Below are positions 24,261 to 35,240 of a stretch of 64,000 nucleotides of DNA, piece by piece. The translations under genes were made by a program, and so were the position numbers. The number at the start of each line of letters is the position of its first letter. Positions within the stretch are counted from its first letter, which is position 1. The stretch lies in the NCBI RefSeq assembly GCF_046105845.1, contig NZ_CP151004.1; one strand, 5' to 3'. The notes under the pieces were generated by a model that worked only from the letters and a program-made list of their open reading frames with translations, ran no database searches and was not told the DNA's origin. This stretch comes from Escherichia coli. GTDB taxonomy: Bacteria; Pseudomonadota; Gammaproteobacteria; Enterobacterales; Enterobacteriaceae.

Positions 24261-25172
24261 ATGCAAAAGTTTGATACCAGGACCTTCCAGGGCTTGATCC
24301 TGACCTTACAGGATTACTGGGCTCGCCAGGGCTGCACCATTGTTCAACCATTGGACATGGAAGTCGGCGCGGGAACCTCTCACCCAATGACCTGTCTGCG
24401 CGCGCTGGGGCCAGAACCGATGGCGGCTGCTTATGTTCAGCCTTCTCGTCGCCCGACCGATGGTCGCTACGGCGAAAACCCCAACCGTTTACAGCACTAC
24501 TATCAGTTCCAGGTGGTCATTAAGCCATCTCCGGACAATATTCAGGAGCTGTACCTTGGTTCTCTGAAAGAGCTGGGCATGGATCCGACCATCCACGACA
24601 TCCGTTTCGTGGAAGATAACTGGGAAAACCCGACGCTGGGTGCCTGGGGGCTGGGCTGGGAAGTGTGGCTGAACGGCATGGAAGTGACGCAGTTCACTTA
24701 CTTCCAGCAGGTTGGTGGTCTGGAGTGTAAACCGGTTACCGGCGAGATCACCTACGGTCTGGAACGTCTGGCAATGTACATTCAGGGCGTAGACAGCGTT
24801 TACGACCTGGTCTGGAGCGACGGTCCGCTGGGTAAAACCACCTATGGCGACGTGTTCCATCAGAACGAAGTGGAGCAGTCCACTTACAACTTCGAATACG
24901 CGGATGTGGACTTCCTGTTCACCTGCTTCGAGCAGTACGAGAAAGAAGCGCAGCAGCTGCTGGCGCTGGAAAATCCGCTGCCGTTGCCAGCCTACGAGCG
25001 TATTCTGAAAGCCGCCCACAGCTTCAACCTGCTGGATGCGCGTAAAGCCATCTCCGTCACCGAGCGTCAGCGCTATATTCTGCGCATTCGCACCCTGACC
25101 AAAGCAGTGGCAGAAGCATACTACGCTTCCCGTGAAGCCCTCGGCTTCCCGATGTGCAACAAAGATAAGTAA
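24261..25172 (+). CDS. glyQ: Glycine--tRNA ligase alpha subunit
   Basis: 303-aa [33 protein letters not shown]... Confidence 0.97.
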
Positions 25173-25181
25173 GAGGCGGCC

Positions 25182-27251
25182 ATGTCTGAGAAAACTTTTC
25201 TGGTGGAAATCGGCACTGAAGAGCTGCCACCAAAAGCACTGCGCAGCCTGGCTGAGTCCTTTGCTGCGAACTTTACTGCGGAGCTGGATAACGCTGGCCT
25301 CGCACACGGCACCGTTCAATGGTTTGCTGCTCCGCGTCGTCTGGCGCTGAAAGTAGCTAACCTGGCGGAAGCGCAACCGGATCGTGAAATCGAAAAACGC
25401 GGCCCGGCGATTGCCCAGGCGTTCGACGCTGAAGGCAAACCGAGCAAAGCGGCAGAAGGTTGGGCGCGTGGTTGTGGTATTACCGTTGACCAGGCTGAGC
25501 GTCTGACTACCGATAAAGGCGAATGGCTGCTGTATCGCGCCCACGTGAAGGGCGAAAGCACCGAAGCTCTGCTGCCGAATATGGTTGCGACTTCGCTGGC
25601 GAAACTGCCGATCCCGAAACTGATGCGTTGGGGCGCAAGCGACGTGCACTTCGTGCGTCCGGTGCACACCGTGACCATGCTGCTGGGCGACAAAGTCATT
25701 CCGGCAACCATTCTGGGCATTCAGTCCGATCGCGTGATTCGCGGCCACCGCTTTATGGGCGAGCCGGAATTCACTATCGACAATGCCGATCAATACCCGG
25801 AAATTCTGCGTGAGCGCGGGAAAGTCATCGCCGATTACGAAGAACGTAAGGCGAAGATTAAAGCCGATGCCGAAGAAGCAGCGCGTAAGATTGGCGGTAA
25901 CGCTGACTTAAGCGAAAGCCTGTTGGAAGAAGTGGCTTCGCTGGTGGAATGGCCGGTTGTGCTGACCGCAAAATTCGAAGAGAAATTCCTCGCGGTGCCG
26001 TCTGAAGCGCTGGTTTACACCATGAAAGGTGACCAGAAATACTTCCCGGTGTATGCGAACGACGGCAAACTGCTGCCGAACTTTATCTTCGTTGCCAACA
26101 TCGAATCGAAAGATCCGCAGCAAATTATCTCTGGTAACGAGAAAGTCGTTCGTCCACGTCTGGCGGATGCCGAGTTCTTCTTCAACACCGACCGTAAAAA
26201 ACGTCTGGAAGATAACCTGCCGCGCCTGCAAACCGTGTTGTTCCAGCAACAGCTGGGTACACTGCGCGACAAAACTGACCGCATCCAGGCGCTGGCTGGC
26301 TGGATTGCTGAACAGATTGGCGCTGACGTTAACCACGCAACCCGTGCGGGCCTGCTGTCCAAGTGCGACCTGATGACCAACATGGTCTTCGAGTTCACCG
26401 ACACCCAGGGCGTTATGGGGATGCACTACGCGCGTCACGATGGCGAAGCGGAAGATGTTGCAGTGGCGCTGAACGAGCAGTATCAGCCGCGCTTTGCCGG
26501 TGATGACCTGCCGTCTAACCCGGTAGCCTGTGCGCTGGCGATTGCTGACAAGATGGATACTCTGGCGGGTATCTTCGGTATCGGCCAGCATCCGAAAGGC
26601 GACAAAGACCCGTTTGCGTTGCGTCGTGCCGCACTTGGCGTACTGCGTATTATCGTTGAGAAGAACCTCAACCTTGATCTGCAAACGCTGACCGAAGAAG
26701 CAGTGCGTCTGTATGGCGATAAGCTGACTAATGCCAACGTGGTTGATGATGTTATCGACTTTATGCTTGGTCGCTTCCGCGCCTGGTATCAGGACGAAGG
26801 TTACACCGTTGACACCATCCAGGCGGTACTGGCGCGTCGTCCGACGCGTCCGGCTGATTTCGATGCCCGTATGAAAGCGGTATCGCACTTCCGTACCCTG
26901 GAAGCAGCTGCAGCACTGGCGGCGGCGAACAAACGTGTATCCAACATTCTGGCGAAATCTGACGAAGTGCTGAGCGACCGCGTGAATGCCTCTACTCTGA
27001 AAGAGCCGGAAGAAATTAAACTGGCGATGCAGGTGGTTGTGCTGCGTGACAAGCTGGAGCCGTACTTTGCGGAAGGTCGTTACCAGGATGCACTGGTCGA
27101 ACTGGCTGAGCTGCGTGAACCGGTCGATGCTTTTTTCGATAAAGTGATGGTAATGGTTGATGACAAAGAATTGCGTATCAACCGTCTGACCATGCTGGAG
27201 AAACTGCGCGAACTGTTCCTGCGAGTTGCGGATATTTCGCTGTTACAGTAA
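25182..27251 (+). CDS. glyS: Glycine--tRNA ligase beta subunit
   Basis: 689-aa [30 protein letters not shown]...; 9 bp downstream of glyQ. Confidence 0.97.
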   Translation: MSEKTFLVEIGTEELPPKALRSLAESFAANFTAELDNAGLAHGTVQWFAAPRRLALKVANLAEAQPDREIEKRGPAIAQAFDAEGKPSKAAEGWARGCGITVDQAERLTTDKGEWLLYRAHVKGESTEALLPNMVATSLAKLPIPKLMRWGASDVHFVRPVHTVTMLLGDKVIPATILGIQSDRVIRGHRFMGEPEFTIDNADQYPEILRERGKVIADYEERKAKIKADAEEAARKIGGNADLSESLLEEVASLVEWPVVLTAKFEEKFLAVPSEALVYTMKGDQKYFPVYANDGKLLPNFIFVANIESKDPQQIISGNEKVVRPRLADAEFFFNTDRKKRLEDNLPRLQTVLFQQQLGTLRDKTDRIQALAGWIAEQIGADVNHATRAGLLSKCDLMTNMVFEFTDTQGVMGMHYARHDGEAEDVAVALNEQYQPRFAGDDLPSNPVACALAIADKMDTLAGIFGIGQHPKGDKDPFALRRAALGVLRIIVEKNLNLDLQTLTEEAVRLYGDKLTNANVVDDVIDFMLGRFRAWYQDEGYTVDTIQAVLARRPTRPADFDARMKAVSHFRTLEAAAALAAANKRVSNILAKSDEVLSDRVNASTLKEPEEIKLAMQVVVLRDKLEPYFAEGRYQDALVELAELREPVDAFFDKVMVMVDDKELRINRLTMLEKLRELFLRVADISLLQ

Positions 27252-27265
27252 TAATGCCGTTATTA

Positions 27266-27295
27266 AATAGCCTGCCATCTGGCAGGCTTTTTTTA
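27266..27295 (+). terminator. Rho-independent terminator of glyQS
   Basis: agcctgcca tct ggcaggct followed by a run of 7 T. Confidence 0.85.
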
Positions 27296-27573
27296 TCGCT
27301 AAATAATACAGCAACCTTTAATAATCTTCTGATGAATAAAGATTATCTCATATATTAATTTTATGAGATTTTTTTAGGATTATATCAAGGAGAAGAAACG
27401 AACTTATTAAGCTAGAATAGCCACGGGTGCTTGAGACTGTTTGTCTCAGGTATTCACCGAAAGGCAGACAGAGAAAAGCCCCACCTGACTATAAATCAAA
27501 GTGAGGCCCCTCTATGCATAGACACCATAAGGTTAGCCTCTTACTCGTTGGAAATCAACACAGGAGGCTGGGA

Positions 27574-27726
27574 ATGCCGCAGAAATATAGATTACTTTCT
27601 TTAATAGTGATTTGTTTCACGCTTTTATTTTTCACCTGGATGATAAGAGATTCACTGTGTGAATTGCATATTAAACAGGAGAGTTATGAGCTGGCGGCGT
27701 TTTTAGCCTGCAAATTGAAAGAGTAA
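27574..27726 (+). CDS. hokA: Hok-family type I toxin (50 aa)
   Basis: MPQKYRLLSLIVICFTLLFFTWMIRDSLCELHIKQESYELAAFLACKLKE; AGGAGG at 27562-27567; in-frame upstream ATG at 27514 and a short overlapping ORF from TTG 27548 are possible mok-like leaders. Confidence 0.85.
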   Translation: MPQKYRLLSLIVICFTLLFFTWMIRDSLCELHIKQESYELAAFLACKLKE

Positions 27727-27732
27727 GCGTCT

Positions 27733-27760
27733 TCGGCGGGAAATTATTCCCGCCTTTCTT
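27733..27760 (+). terminator. Hairpin plus T-rich tail after hokA
   Basis: ggcggga aattatt cccgcc then tttctt. Confidence 0.6.
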
Positions 27761-27859
27761 ACGGTGTTGCGCATTCTCATTGCACCCAAATTTATTCTTC
27801 ACAAAAATAACACTAGATTCTATTACGCGATCGATTATTTATTTCCTGAAAAACAAATA

Positions 27860-27888
27860 AAAAAATCCCCGCCAAATGGCAGGGATCT
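27860..27888 (-). terminator. cspA rho-independent terminator
   Basis: On the minus strand: imperfect GC-rich stem (gatccctgcc atttggc ggggat) followed by a T-run, directly after the cspA stop. Confidence 0.7.
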
Positions 27889-27913
27889 TAGATTCTGTGC
27901 TTTTAAGCAGAGA

Positions 27914-28126
27914 TTACAGGCTGGTTACGTTGCCAGCTGCCGGGCCTTTAGCGCCGCTTTCGATGGTGAAGGACACTTTCTGACCTTCGTCCAGAGATTT
28001 GTAACCATCGTTCTGGATAGCAGAGAAGTGTACGAACACGTCTTTAGAGCCATCGTCAGGAGTGATGAAGCCGAAGCCTTTGTCAGCGTTGAACCATTTT
28101 ACGATACCAGTCATTTTACCGGACAT
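27914..28126 (-). CDS. cspA: Major cold shock protein CspA
   Basis: 70-aa [73 protein letters not shown] with RNP1/RNP2 motifs. Confidence 0.98.
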
Positions 28127-28312
28127 AGTGTATTACCTTTAATAATTAAGTGTGCCTTTCGGCGATATGGCGTGCTTTACAGATTTTGAAGCGTTAAAGG
28201 AATGTGCACTACGAGGGGTATCAACGATAACTCTTGAAGAGGACTTGCCTTACTACACTGCTTTAATGGTCTGTACGTCAAACCGTTGAGTGCATTAAGC
28301 CACGCATTGGCG
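28127..28312 (-). promoter_or_regulatory. cspA promoter (-35 TTGCAT at 28307-28312, -10 CTTAAT at 28284-28289, minus strand) and long 5' UTR of about 150-160 nt with cold-box region
   Basis: Reverse complement reads attgTTGCATcacccgccaatgcgtggCTTAATgcacatc, matching the cspA promoter as remembered; AT-rich UP-like sequence upstream. Confidence 0.75.
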
Positions 28313-28349
28313 GGTGATGCAACAATTATTTTTCATATTTATGATTAAT

Positions 28350-28376
28350 CGGTTGGAAAACGGTCCTGTCATCAGG
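28350..28376 (-). terminator. Terminator hairpin downstream of yiaG
   Basis: ggtcctg atga caggacc followed by gtttt on the minus strand. Confidence 0.6.
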
Positions 28377-28406
28377 ACCGTAAACAGCAATAAAGTGGAT
28401 AAAAGT

Positions 28407-28697
28407 CTATTCCATCAACTGCTTACTTAATGCCGGGTTGGCTTGAATCAAACGCATCAATTTTAGTTCGGCACTTGAAGGCTTCACGCGTCTGGATTCC
28501 CATTCCTTTACCATGGCGACTGATACGCCCAAAACCCGGGCGAAATCATCGATTTTTAACCCTGTCCCTTTTCGTAACTGCTCAATTTCGGTACAGGATG
28601 TTGTTCTGTGCGTCAGGGTAATTTTCTGCGTTTCATCTTTAAAAACAATCTGTTCCAGGCTGCTCAACAGCTCATGCATTGGATCTTTATATTCCAT
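28407..28697 (-). CDS. yiaG: HTH (XRE-type) transcriptional regulator YiaG
   Basis: 96-aa ORF MEYKDPMHELLSSLEQIVFKDETQKITL... with a C-terminal HTH-like segment. Confidence 0.85.
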   Translation of the reverse strand: MEYKDPMHELLSSLEQIVFKDETQKITLTHRTTSCTEIEQLRKGTGLKIDDFARVLGVSVAMVKEWESRRVKPSSAELKLMRLIQANPALSKQLME

Positions 28698-29130
28698 TGA
28701 AAACTCCTCAAATCACACTGCGGGATCGTGAATTGCATCGAAGCTCATTAAGAATAGTCGGGAAAAGCAGACACAGCGGGGTGAAGTCAGGGCATGCTCT
28801 GGCTATGATTCGATTCAGCCAGTCATTTAGCGTGACTTATAGCCACCTAACGATCTGATAAATGCCGATATATCTCTTACCACTCCCGGTTTGTAAAGAT
28901 TTCGAAAATCTAACGTTCTGAGAAGGTGTAAATCTCTGGCAACAAAAAAAGCAACGGCACTATCATTTTTTAACAATGAAACAACAAATTAACCTTGTTT
29001 CATTTTCTCCATGATTTTACCAGGAAGATTACGTAGAAAGGGTATCCTGCAAGCCTGTCCTGGACTATCCTTGTCACGTCAGACACGCGTGTGTCGTTGT
29101 GCGCTTTTTTTGGGTGAAAGGAGTAAGAAA

Positions 29131-29841
29131 ATGGCGACAGGAAAGTCCTGCTCTCGCTGGTTTGCGCCTCTTGCGGCGTTATTAATGGTAGTTAGCCTGA
29201 GTGGGTGTTTTGATAAAGAAGGCGATCAGCGTAAAGCGTTTATCGACTTCCTGCAGAATACAGTGATGCGTAGCGGTGAACGTCTACCAACCCTGACTGC
29301 CGATCAGAAAAAACAGTTTGGTCCTTTTGTCTCTGATTACGCGATTCTGTATGGTTATTCTCAGCAGGTGAATCAGGCGATGGATTCCGGTCTGCGCCCG
29401 GTCGTAGACAGCGTTAACGCAATTCGCGTACCGCAGGATTACGTTACGCAAAGCGGCCCACTGCGTGAAATGAACGGTTCTCTGGGCGTACTGGCGCAAC
29501 AGCTGCAAAATGCGAAGTTGCAGGCCGATGCTGCGCACTCTGCGCTAAAACAGAGCGATGACCTGAAACCGGTTTTCGATCAGGCATTCACCAAAGTGGT
29601 AACGACGCCAGCTGATGCATTGCAACCGTTGATTCCGGCGGCACAAACTTTCACGCAACAACTGGTGATGGTTGGAGACTACATTGCTCAGCAAGGTACT
29701 CAGGTGAGTTTTGTCGCAAATGGCATCCAGTTCCCGACTTCGCAGCAGGCAAGTGAATATAACAAACTGATTGCGCCATTACCGGCACAACATCAGGCGT
29801 TTAATCAGGCCTGGACTACAGCAGTTACTGCAACCCAATAA
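29131..29841 (+). CDS. yiaF: Lipoprotein YiaF (DUF3053), 236 aa
   Basis: ORF track gives 276 aa; internal ATG at 29131 gives MATGKSCSRWFAPLAALLMVVSLSGC (lipobox). Confidence 0.85.
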   Translation: MATGKSCSRWFAPLAALLMVVSLSGCFDKEGDQRKAFIDFLQNTVMRSGERLPTLTADQKKQFGPFVSDYAILYGYSQQVNQAMDSGLRPVVDSVNAIRVPQDYVTQSGPLREMNGSLGVLAQQLQNAKLQADAAHSALKQSDDLKPVFDQAFTKVVTTPADALQPLIPAAQTFTQQLVMVGDYIAQQGTQVSFVANGIQFPTSQQASEYNKLIAPLPAQHQAFNQAWTTAVTATQ

Positions 29842-29890
29842 AGAGTAAAAGCCCGGGCGATTATCGGGCTTTACTCCACGCAGTCGCGGC

Positions 29891-30865
29891 TTAGTCCGCG
29901 ACGTGCGGATTCACACAGTTCTTCTCAACCTTTCCTTGTAACGCATCAATCAAATTATCCACGGCACAGGCGGCCATGCCATAACGCGTCTCATGGGTGG
30001 CAGATCCAATATGCGGTACTGCGACGACGTTGGCCATTGAGAGCAACGGCGAATCTACGGAAAGTGGCTCTTGTTCGAAGACATCCAGCCCGGCGGCGTG
30101 AATTTCCCCTTTCTGCAATGCAGCAATCAGTGCATTTTCATCAACCACCGGGCCACGTCCGGCATTAATGAAAATGGCGGAGGATTTCATTTTGGCGAAT
30201 TGTTCTGCGCCAAACAGATGATGCGTTTCATCAGTTAACGGCAGGATCAGGCAAACGAAATCTGACTCTTGTAACAGTGTATCCAAATCGCAGTAGCGGG
30301 CGTTGAAGCGTTCTTCTGCTTCTTTATGGTGGCGGCGCGCGTTATAGAGGATGGGCATGTTGAAGCCAAAGTGCGCACGTTGTGCCAGCGCCATGCCGAT
30401 CCGTCCCATCCCGACAATGCCCAGTGTTTTATGGTGAACGTCAGTGCCATACCAGTCCGGACCTATGCTCGCGGTCCATTCGCCTGCTTTTACTCGTTCT
30501 GCTACCTCCACAACCCGACGAGCGGTAGACAACACCAGCGCCATCAGCGTATCGGCGACGGTTTCTGTTAATACGGTTGGCGTGTGCATCAGCAGAATTT
30601 TTCGGGCGGTAAGCGCATCGACATCAAAATTGTCATAGCCGACGGAGATCGTTGATGTGGCACGCAGTTTCGGCATTTTTTCCAGCAATGCGGCATCAAC
30701 ATTCTCGTTTGAACCCAGTAAACCTTCAGCTTCGGCAAAAATTGCTGCATTTTGTTCGACGGTTTGTGGGCTGAGGTTTGCCACCTGGTGAACGGTGAAA
30801 TGCTCTTGCAGGCGTTGCAGTAAATCATCAGGTAAGGCTTTGTAGAGGATAACGGACGGCTTCAT
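29891..30865 (-). CDS. ghrB: Glyoxylate/hydroxypyruvate reductase B (324 aa)
   Basis: ATG at 30863-30865 gives [28 protein letters not shown]...; D-2-hydroxyacid dehydrogenase GxGxxG motif (GIVGMGRIG). Confidence 0.9.
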   Translation of the reverse strand: MKPSVILYKALPDDLLQRLQEHFTVHQVANLSPQTVEQNAAIFAEAEGLLGSNENVDAALLEKMPKLRATSTISVGYDNFDVDALTARKILLMHTPTVLTETVADTLMALVLSTARRVVEVAERVKAGEWTASIGPDWYGTDVHHKTLGIVGMGRIGMALAQRAHFGFNMPILYNARRHHKEAEERFNARYCDLDTLLQESDFVCLILPLTDETHHLFGAEQFAKMKSSAIFINAGRGPVVDENALIAALQKGEIHAAGLDVFEQEPLSVDSPLLSMANVVAVPHIGSATHETRYGMAACAVDNLIDALQGKVEKNCVNPHVAD

Positions 30866-30968
30866 GCTTCTCTCCATTCACTGATAAGGCGATCACCTTA
30901 GCCTGAAATATGATGAAGGAAAACTGAAGAATGCCAGGTGATTTCTGCATCACCTGGCATGAAAGGGA

Positions 30969-31628
30969 TTACAGCGGGCTTAAGGTAATTTCTACACGGC
31001 GGTTTTGCGCCTTACCTTCTGCGGTGCTGTTGCTGGCGATTGGGTTAGCCGGGCCAAGGCCCTGAGTACGGATGCGGCTGGCGTCCACGCCCTGGGTGAT
31101 CAACGCGCTGGCAACGGAATCCGCACGCTGCTGGGAGAGACGCATGTTCAGGTCGTGACCACCCGTGCTGTCGGTATAACCAATCACGTTAACCGCCGTT
31201 TTCGGATACTCTTTCAGCACCATTGCCACGCCGGTCAGGGTGTTAGCGCCCGCCGGTTTCAGGGTCGCGCTGCTGCTGTCGAAGGTCACATTGTTCGGCA
31301 TATTGAGGATAATGTTATCCCCGCTGCGGGTTACGCTAACACCAGTGCCGCGCATTTTGTCACGCAGCTTCGCTTCCTGTACATCCATGTAATAACCAAC
31401 GCCGCCGCCCAGAGCTGCACCCGCTGCTGCGCCAATCAGCGCGCCTTTACCGCGATCTTTCTTCGAAGAAGAGAGCGCACCAATACCCGCGCCAACGAGA
31501 GAGCCCAGACCTGCGCCGATAGCAGATTTACCTGCTTCGCGTTCGCCAGTGTAAGGGTTAGTTGTGCAGCCAGATACCGCCAGAGCGCCACTCACTACGG
31601 CGGCAATAAGATAAACACGTTTCTTCAT
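30969..31628 (-). CDS. yiaD: OmpA-domain outer membrane lipoprotein YiaD
   Basis: 219-aa ORF MKKRVYLIAAVVSGALAVSGCTTNPYTGE..., glycine-rich linker, OmpA-like C-terminus. Confidence 0.9.
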   Translation of the reverse strand: MKKRVYLIAAVVSGALAVSGCTTNPYTGEREAGKSAIGAGLGSLVGAGIGALSSSKKDRGKGALIGAAAGAALGGGVGYYMDVQEAKLRDKMRGTGVSVTRSGDNIILNMPNNVTFDSSSATLKPAGANTLTGVAMVLKEYPKTAVNVIGYTDSTGGHDLNMRLSQQRADSVASALITQGVDASRIRTQGLGPANPIASNSTAEGKAQNRRVEITLSPL

Positions 31629-31780
31629 TGTTAATCCTTAATAAACTTTTTATTCTTTGCCACGGGTTCCGTGGCGGGAGATTATGCCGCGTGAACATGA
31701 AGATTATTCCTGGGAATACTCGGAAATTTGTAAGTAATATTTAACTGCTCAATACATCTAACCTTTCAGGAGTCTTCGGT

Positions 31781-34114
31781 TTGGCCAACTCATCCTCACG
31801 ATATTCCGTTCTGACTGCCGCCCACTGGGGGCCCATGCTGGTTGAAACCGACGGCGAAACCGTGTTTAGCTCGCGTGGCGCGTTAGTCACAGGAATGGAA
31901 AACTCCTTGCAGAGCGCGGTTCGCGACCAGGTTCACAGCAATACGCGGGTACGATTTCCAATGGTGCGCAAAGGCTTTCTCGCGTCACCGGAAAACCCGC
32001 AAGGCATTCGCGGGCAGGATGAATTTGTTCGTGTGAGTTGGGATGAGGCGCTGGAGCTTATTCACCAACAACATAAACGCATTCGTGAGGCTTATGGTCC
32101 GGCATCGATTTTTGCTGGTTCCTACGGCTGGCGTTCAAACGGCGTGCTGCATAAGGCCTCGACATTATTACAACGCTATATGGCGCTTGCAGGCGGTTAT
32201 ACCGGGCATCTGGGGGATTATTCGACCGGTGCAGCACAGGCGATCATGCCGTATGTCGTGGGGGGCAGCGAAGTTTATCAACAGCAAACCAGTTGGCCGT
32301 TGGTGCTGGAACATAGCGATGTCGTGGTGCTGTGGAGTGCTAACCCACTCAATACGCTGAAAATTGCGTGGAATGCATCCGATGAGCAGGGGCTTTCTTA
32401 CTTTTCTGCACTGCGTGACAGCAGGAAAAAGCTGATCTGCATTGATCCAATGCGATCGGAAACCGTCGATTTCTTTGGCGATAAAATGGAGTGGGTGGCA
32501 CCGCACATGGGCACCGATGTTGCGCTGATGCTGGGGATCGCCTATACGCTGGTGGAAAATGGTTGGCACGACGAAGCGTTTCTGGCGCGTTGCACCACAG
32601 GTTATGCCGTCTTCGCCTCTTATTTGCTGGGCGAGAGTGACGGAATAGCCAAAACCGCCGAATGGGCGGCAGGGATTTGTGGGGTTAACGCAGAGAAAAT
32701 CCGCGAGCTGGCGGCTCTTTTCCACCAAAACACGACCATGCTGATGGCTGGCTGGGGAATGCAGCGTCAACAGTTTGGTGAGCAAAAACATTGGATGATC
32801 GTCACGCTGGCGGCAATGTTGGGGCAAATCGGCACACCCGGCGGCGGTTTTGGTCTTTCTTACCATTTTGCCAATGGTGGTAACCCCACGCGGCGTTCTG
32901 CGGTGCTCTCTTCCATGCAGGGCAGCTTGCCTGGCGGCACCGATGCGGTGGATAAAATCCCTGTTGCCCGCATTGTTGAAGCACTGGAAAACCCCGGTGG
33001 CGCATATCAACATAACGGTATGGACCGACATTTCCCGGATATTCGTTTTATCTGGTGGGCGGGCGGTGCCAACTTTACTCATCATCAGGATACCAATCGC
33101 CTGATCCGTGCCTGGCAAAAACCGGAGCTGGTGGTGATCTCTGAATGCTTCTGGACGGCTGCGGCGAAACACGCGGATATCGTTCTGCCTGCGACCACTT
33201 CGTTTGAGCGTAATGATCTCACCATGACCGGCGATTACAGCAATCAGCATCTGGTGCCGATGAAACAAGTGGTGCCGCCACGTTATGAAGCGCGTAATGA
33301 TTTTGATGTCTTTGCCGAGTTGAGTGAACGTTGGGAGAAGGGCGGCTATGCGCGGTTTACGGAAGGAAAAAGTGAGCTGCAATGGCTGGAAACGTTTTAT
33401 AACGTTGCCCGGCAGCGCGGGGCAAGCCAGCAGGTTGAATTGCCGCCATTTGCTGAGTTCTGGCAAGCCAACCAGTTAATTGAGATGCCGGAAAACCCGG
33501 ACAGCGAGCGGTTTATTCGCTTCGCCGATTTTCGCCGCGATCCGCAGGCGCATCCATTAAAAACTGCCAGTGGTAAGATTGAAATCTTCTCGCAGCGTAT
33601 TGCCGATTACGCTTATCCGGATTGCCCTGGGCATCCAATGTGGCTGGAGCCGGACGAATGGCAGGGCAATGCCGAACCGGAACAGTTGCAGGTACTTTCT
33701 GCTCATCCGGCACATCGTCTGCATAGCCAGCTGAATTACAGTTCTCTGCGCGAATTGTACGCGGTGGCAAATCGTGAGCCTGTCACCATTCATCCTGACG
33801 ATGCCCAGGCGCGCGGCATACAAGATGGCGATATTGTTCGGTTGTGGAACGCACGCGGGCAAATTCTTGCCGGAGCGGTCATTAGCGAGGGAATTAAACC
33901 TGGCGTGATTTGTATTCATGAAGGGGCATGGCCGGATCTGGATTTAACCGCTGACGGTATTTGTAAAAACGGCGCGGTGAACGTTCTGACCAAAGATCTC
34001 CCCAGCTCGCGGCTGGGGAATGGCTGTGCGGGTAATACGGCGCTGGCATGGCTGGAAAAATACAACGGTCCGGAACTGACACTTACAGCGTTTGAACCAC
34101 CGGCCAGCTCATAA
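31781..34114 (+). CDS. bisC: Biotin sulfoxide reductase (molybdopterin oxidoreductase), 777 aa with TTG start
   Basis: [29 protein letters not shown]...; the 31781 start is TTG, and the first in-frame ATG at 31835 would give 759 aa. Confidence 0.9.
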   Translation: MANSSSRYSVLTAAHWGPMLVETDGETVFSSRGALVTGMENSLQSAVRDQVHSNTRVRFPMVRKGFLASPENPQGIRGQDEFVRVSWDEALELIHQQHKRIREAYGPASIFAGSYGWRSNGVLHKASTLLQRYMALAGGYTGHLGDYSTGAAQAIMPYVVGGSEVYQQQTSWPLVLEHSDVVVLWSANPLNTLKIAWNASDEQGLSYFSALRDSRKKLICIDPMRSETVDFFGDKMEWVAPHMGTDVALMLGIAYTLVENGWHDEAFLARCTTGYAVFASYLLGESDGIAKTAEWAAGICGVNAEKIRELAALFHQNTTMLMAGWGMQRQQFGEQKHWMIVTLAAMLGQIGTPGGGFGLSYHFANGGNPTRRSAVLSSMQGSLPGGTDAVDKIPVARIVEALENPGGAYQHNGMDRHFPDIRFIWWAGGANFTHHQDTNRLIRAWQKPELVVISECFWTAAAKHADIVLPATTSFERNDLTMTGDYSNQHLVPMKQVVPPRYEARNDFDVFAELSERWEKGGYARFTEGKSELQWLETFYNVARQRGASQQVELPPFAEFWQANQLIEMPENPDSERFIRFADFRRDPQAHPLKTASGKIEIFSQRIADYAYPDCPGHPMWLEPDEWQGNAEPEQLQVLSAHPAHRLHSQLNYSSLRELYAVANREPVTIHPDDAQARGIQDGDIVRLWNARGQILAGAVISEGIKPGVICIHEGAWPDLDLTADGICKNGAVNVLTKDLPSSRLGNGCAGNTALAWLEKYNGPELTLTAFEPPASS

Positions 34115-34523
34115 TCCAGGTGGGTAGTTGGGTTTCATCCTGCCATGCGCAGTCGACAATGTGAAAACCCTGCGCATGGTAAAAATATATCGCCGGTTGA
34201 TTTTTTTGATAAACCTCCAGCATCAGATGGGGATGGCGCTGCTGCACATACTGCATTAGCGCCTTACCAATACCGCGTCTGACGGCCTTCGGTGCGACAA
34301 ACATTGCAGCCAGAAATCGGCCTTCCATAATGCTGACAAAACCGAGAAGCTTACCGTCTTCTTCCCAGACCCAGTTTTGCGCGTTGGCAAGATAGGCATC
34401 CCGCACCAGCGGAATGCAATCACGCCAGTAATTCGCTTTTATAAAGGGATGCCCCCAGGTTGTACTTTCCAGCCACAGTTCGAGGATCGCGGGGAGTTCT
34501 GAACGTTGCGCTTCCCGAATCAT
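34083..34523 (-). CDS. yiaC: GNAT-family peptidyl-lysine N-acetyltransferase YiaC
   Basis: 146-aa [30 protein letters not shown]...; 3' end overlaps the bisC 3' end by 32 bp. Confidence 0.9.
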   Translation of the reverse strand: MIREAQRSELPAILELWLESTTWGHPFIKANYWRDCIPLVRDAYLANAQNWVWEEDGKLLGFVSIMEGRFLAAMFVAPKAVRRGIGKALMQYVQQRHPHLMLEVYQKNQPAIYFYHAQGFHIVDCAWQDETQLPTWIMSWPVVQTL

Positions 34524-35083
34524 GGTTTATTTCCCGGATAGCAACAGCAGCCAACCACATGATCATTCACCAGCCCACATGCCTGCATAAAGGAGTAACA
34601 GATTGTGGTACCAACAAACTTAAAACCACGCTTTTTCAGGGCTTTAGATAGAGCGTCGGAGGCGGGCGTAGATGTAGGGATTTCGCTCAACGTTGTGGCT
34701 TGTGTCACCTGTGGTTGATGATTGACAAACGACCAGACAAAGTCGGCAAACGGTTCGCCGTTCTGTTCCATTTGCAGGTACGCCCGCGCATTACCAATAA
34801 TTGCCTGAATTTTCCCGCGATGGCGGATAATCCCGGCGTACTGTACCAGTCTTTCGACATCCTCTTCCTGCATTGCAGCCACCTTCACCGGATCGAACTG
34901 ATGAAAGCTGGCGCGATAGTTTTCGCGTTTTTTGAGGACGGTGATCCACGATAATCCAGCCTGCTGCCCTTCAAGGCAGATCATTTCGAACAGTTTTTTA
35001 CTGTCAGTTTCAGGCACGCCCCATTCATTATCATGGTAGGCAATATAAAGCGGGTCCTGACTCACCCAGCCGCAACGTTCCAT
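34520..35083 (-). CDS. tag: 3-methyladenine DNA glycosylase I (187 aa)
   Basis: ORF track gives 266 aa; internal ATG at 35081-35083 gives MERCGWVSQDPLYIAYHDNEWGVPETD...; stop overlaps the yiaC start. Confidence 0.9.
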   Translation of the reverse strand: MERCGWVSQDPLYIAYHDNEWGVPETDSKKLFEMICLEGQQAGLSWITVLKKRENYRASFHQFDPVKVAAMQEEDVERLVQYAGIIRHRGKIQAIIGNARAYLQMEQNGEPFADFVWSFVNHQPQVTQATTLSEIPTSTPASDALSKALKKRGFKFVGTTICYSFMQACGLVNDHVVGCCCYPGNKP

Positions 35084-35240
35084 ACTTTCCCTCGCTATGT
35101 ACCCGATCGTAAAAATTTCAGCCGCTTTTCTTGACGCATCGGTGAAAAAGTCAATATTTAATACAGGGCTACTATGCCCGATATCCTTCATACAATGACA
35201 ATAATATTGCCGAATTCGGCTCTTCCCTGGAGTCGTGTTA

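Noticed and set aside
24489..25793. 434-aa minus-strand ORF spanning glyQ and glyS
   Set aside because: It is antisense to two highly conserved aminoacyl-tRNA synthetase genes, has no plausible ribosome-binding context and has an Arg/Gln/Phe-rich composition typical of antisense shadow frames.
25908..26888. 326-aa minus-strand ORF inside glyS, plus several 80-130-aa ORFs on both strands within glyS, xylG, bcsA and malS
   Set aside because: All lie wholly within well-supported genes on the other strand or in another frame; they are treated as statistical ORFs of GC-rich coding DNA.
27421..27560. Precise Sok antisense RNA gene upstream of hokA
   Set aside because: I could not identify an unambiguous promoter and terminator hairpin for an antisense RNA by eye, so it is left as a hypothesis in the findings rather than called as a feature.
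27252..27573. Expected insertion-sequence (IS150-type) element next to hokA
   Set aside because: There are only 322 bp between glyS and hokA, with no transposase-like ORF or terminal inverted repeats; the locus is IS-free in this sequence.
32168..33466. 432-aa minus-strand ORF inside bisC
   Set aside because: It is an antisense shadow ORF of the bisC coding region; bisC on the plus strand is the recognisable protein.
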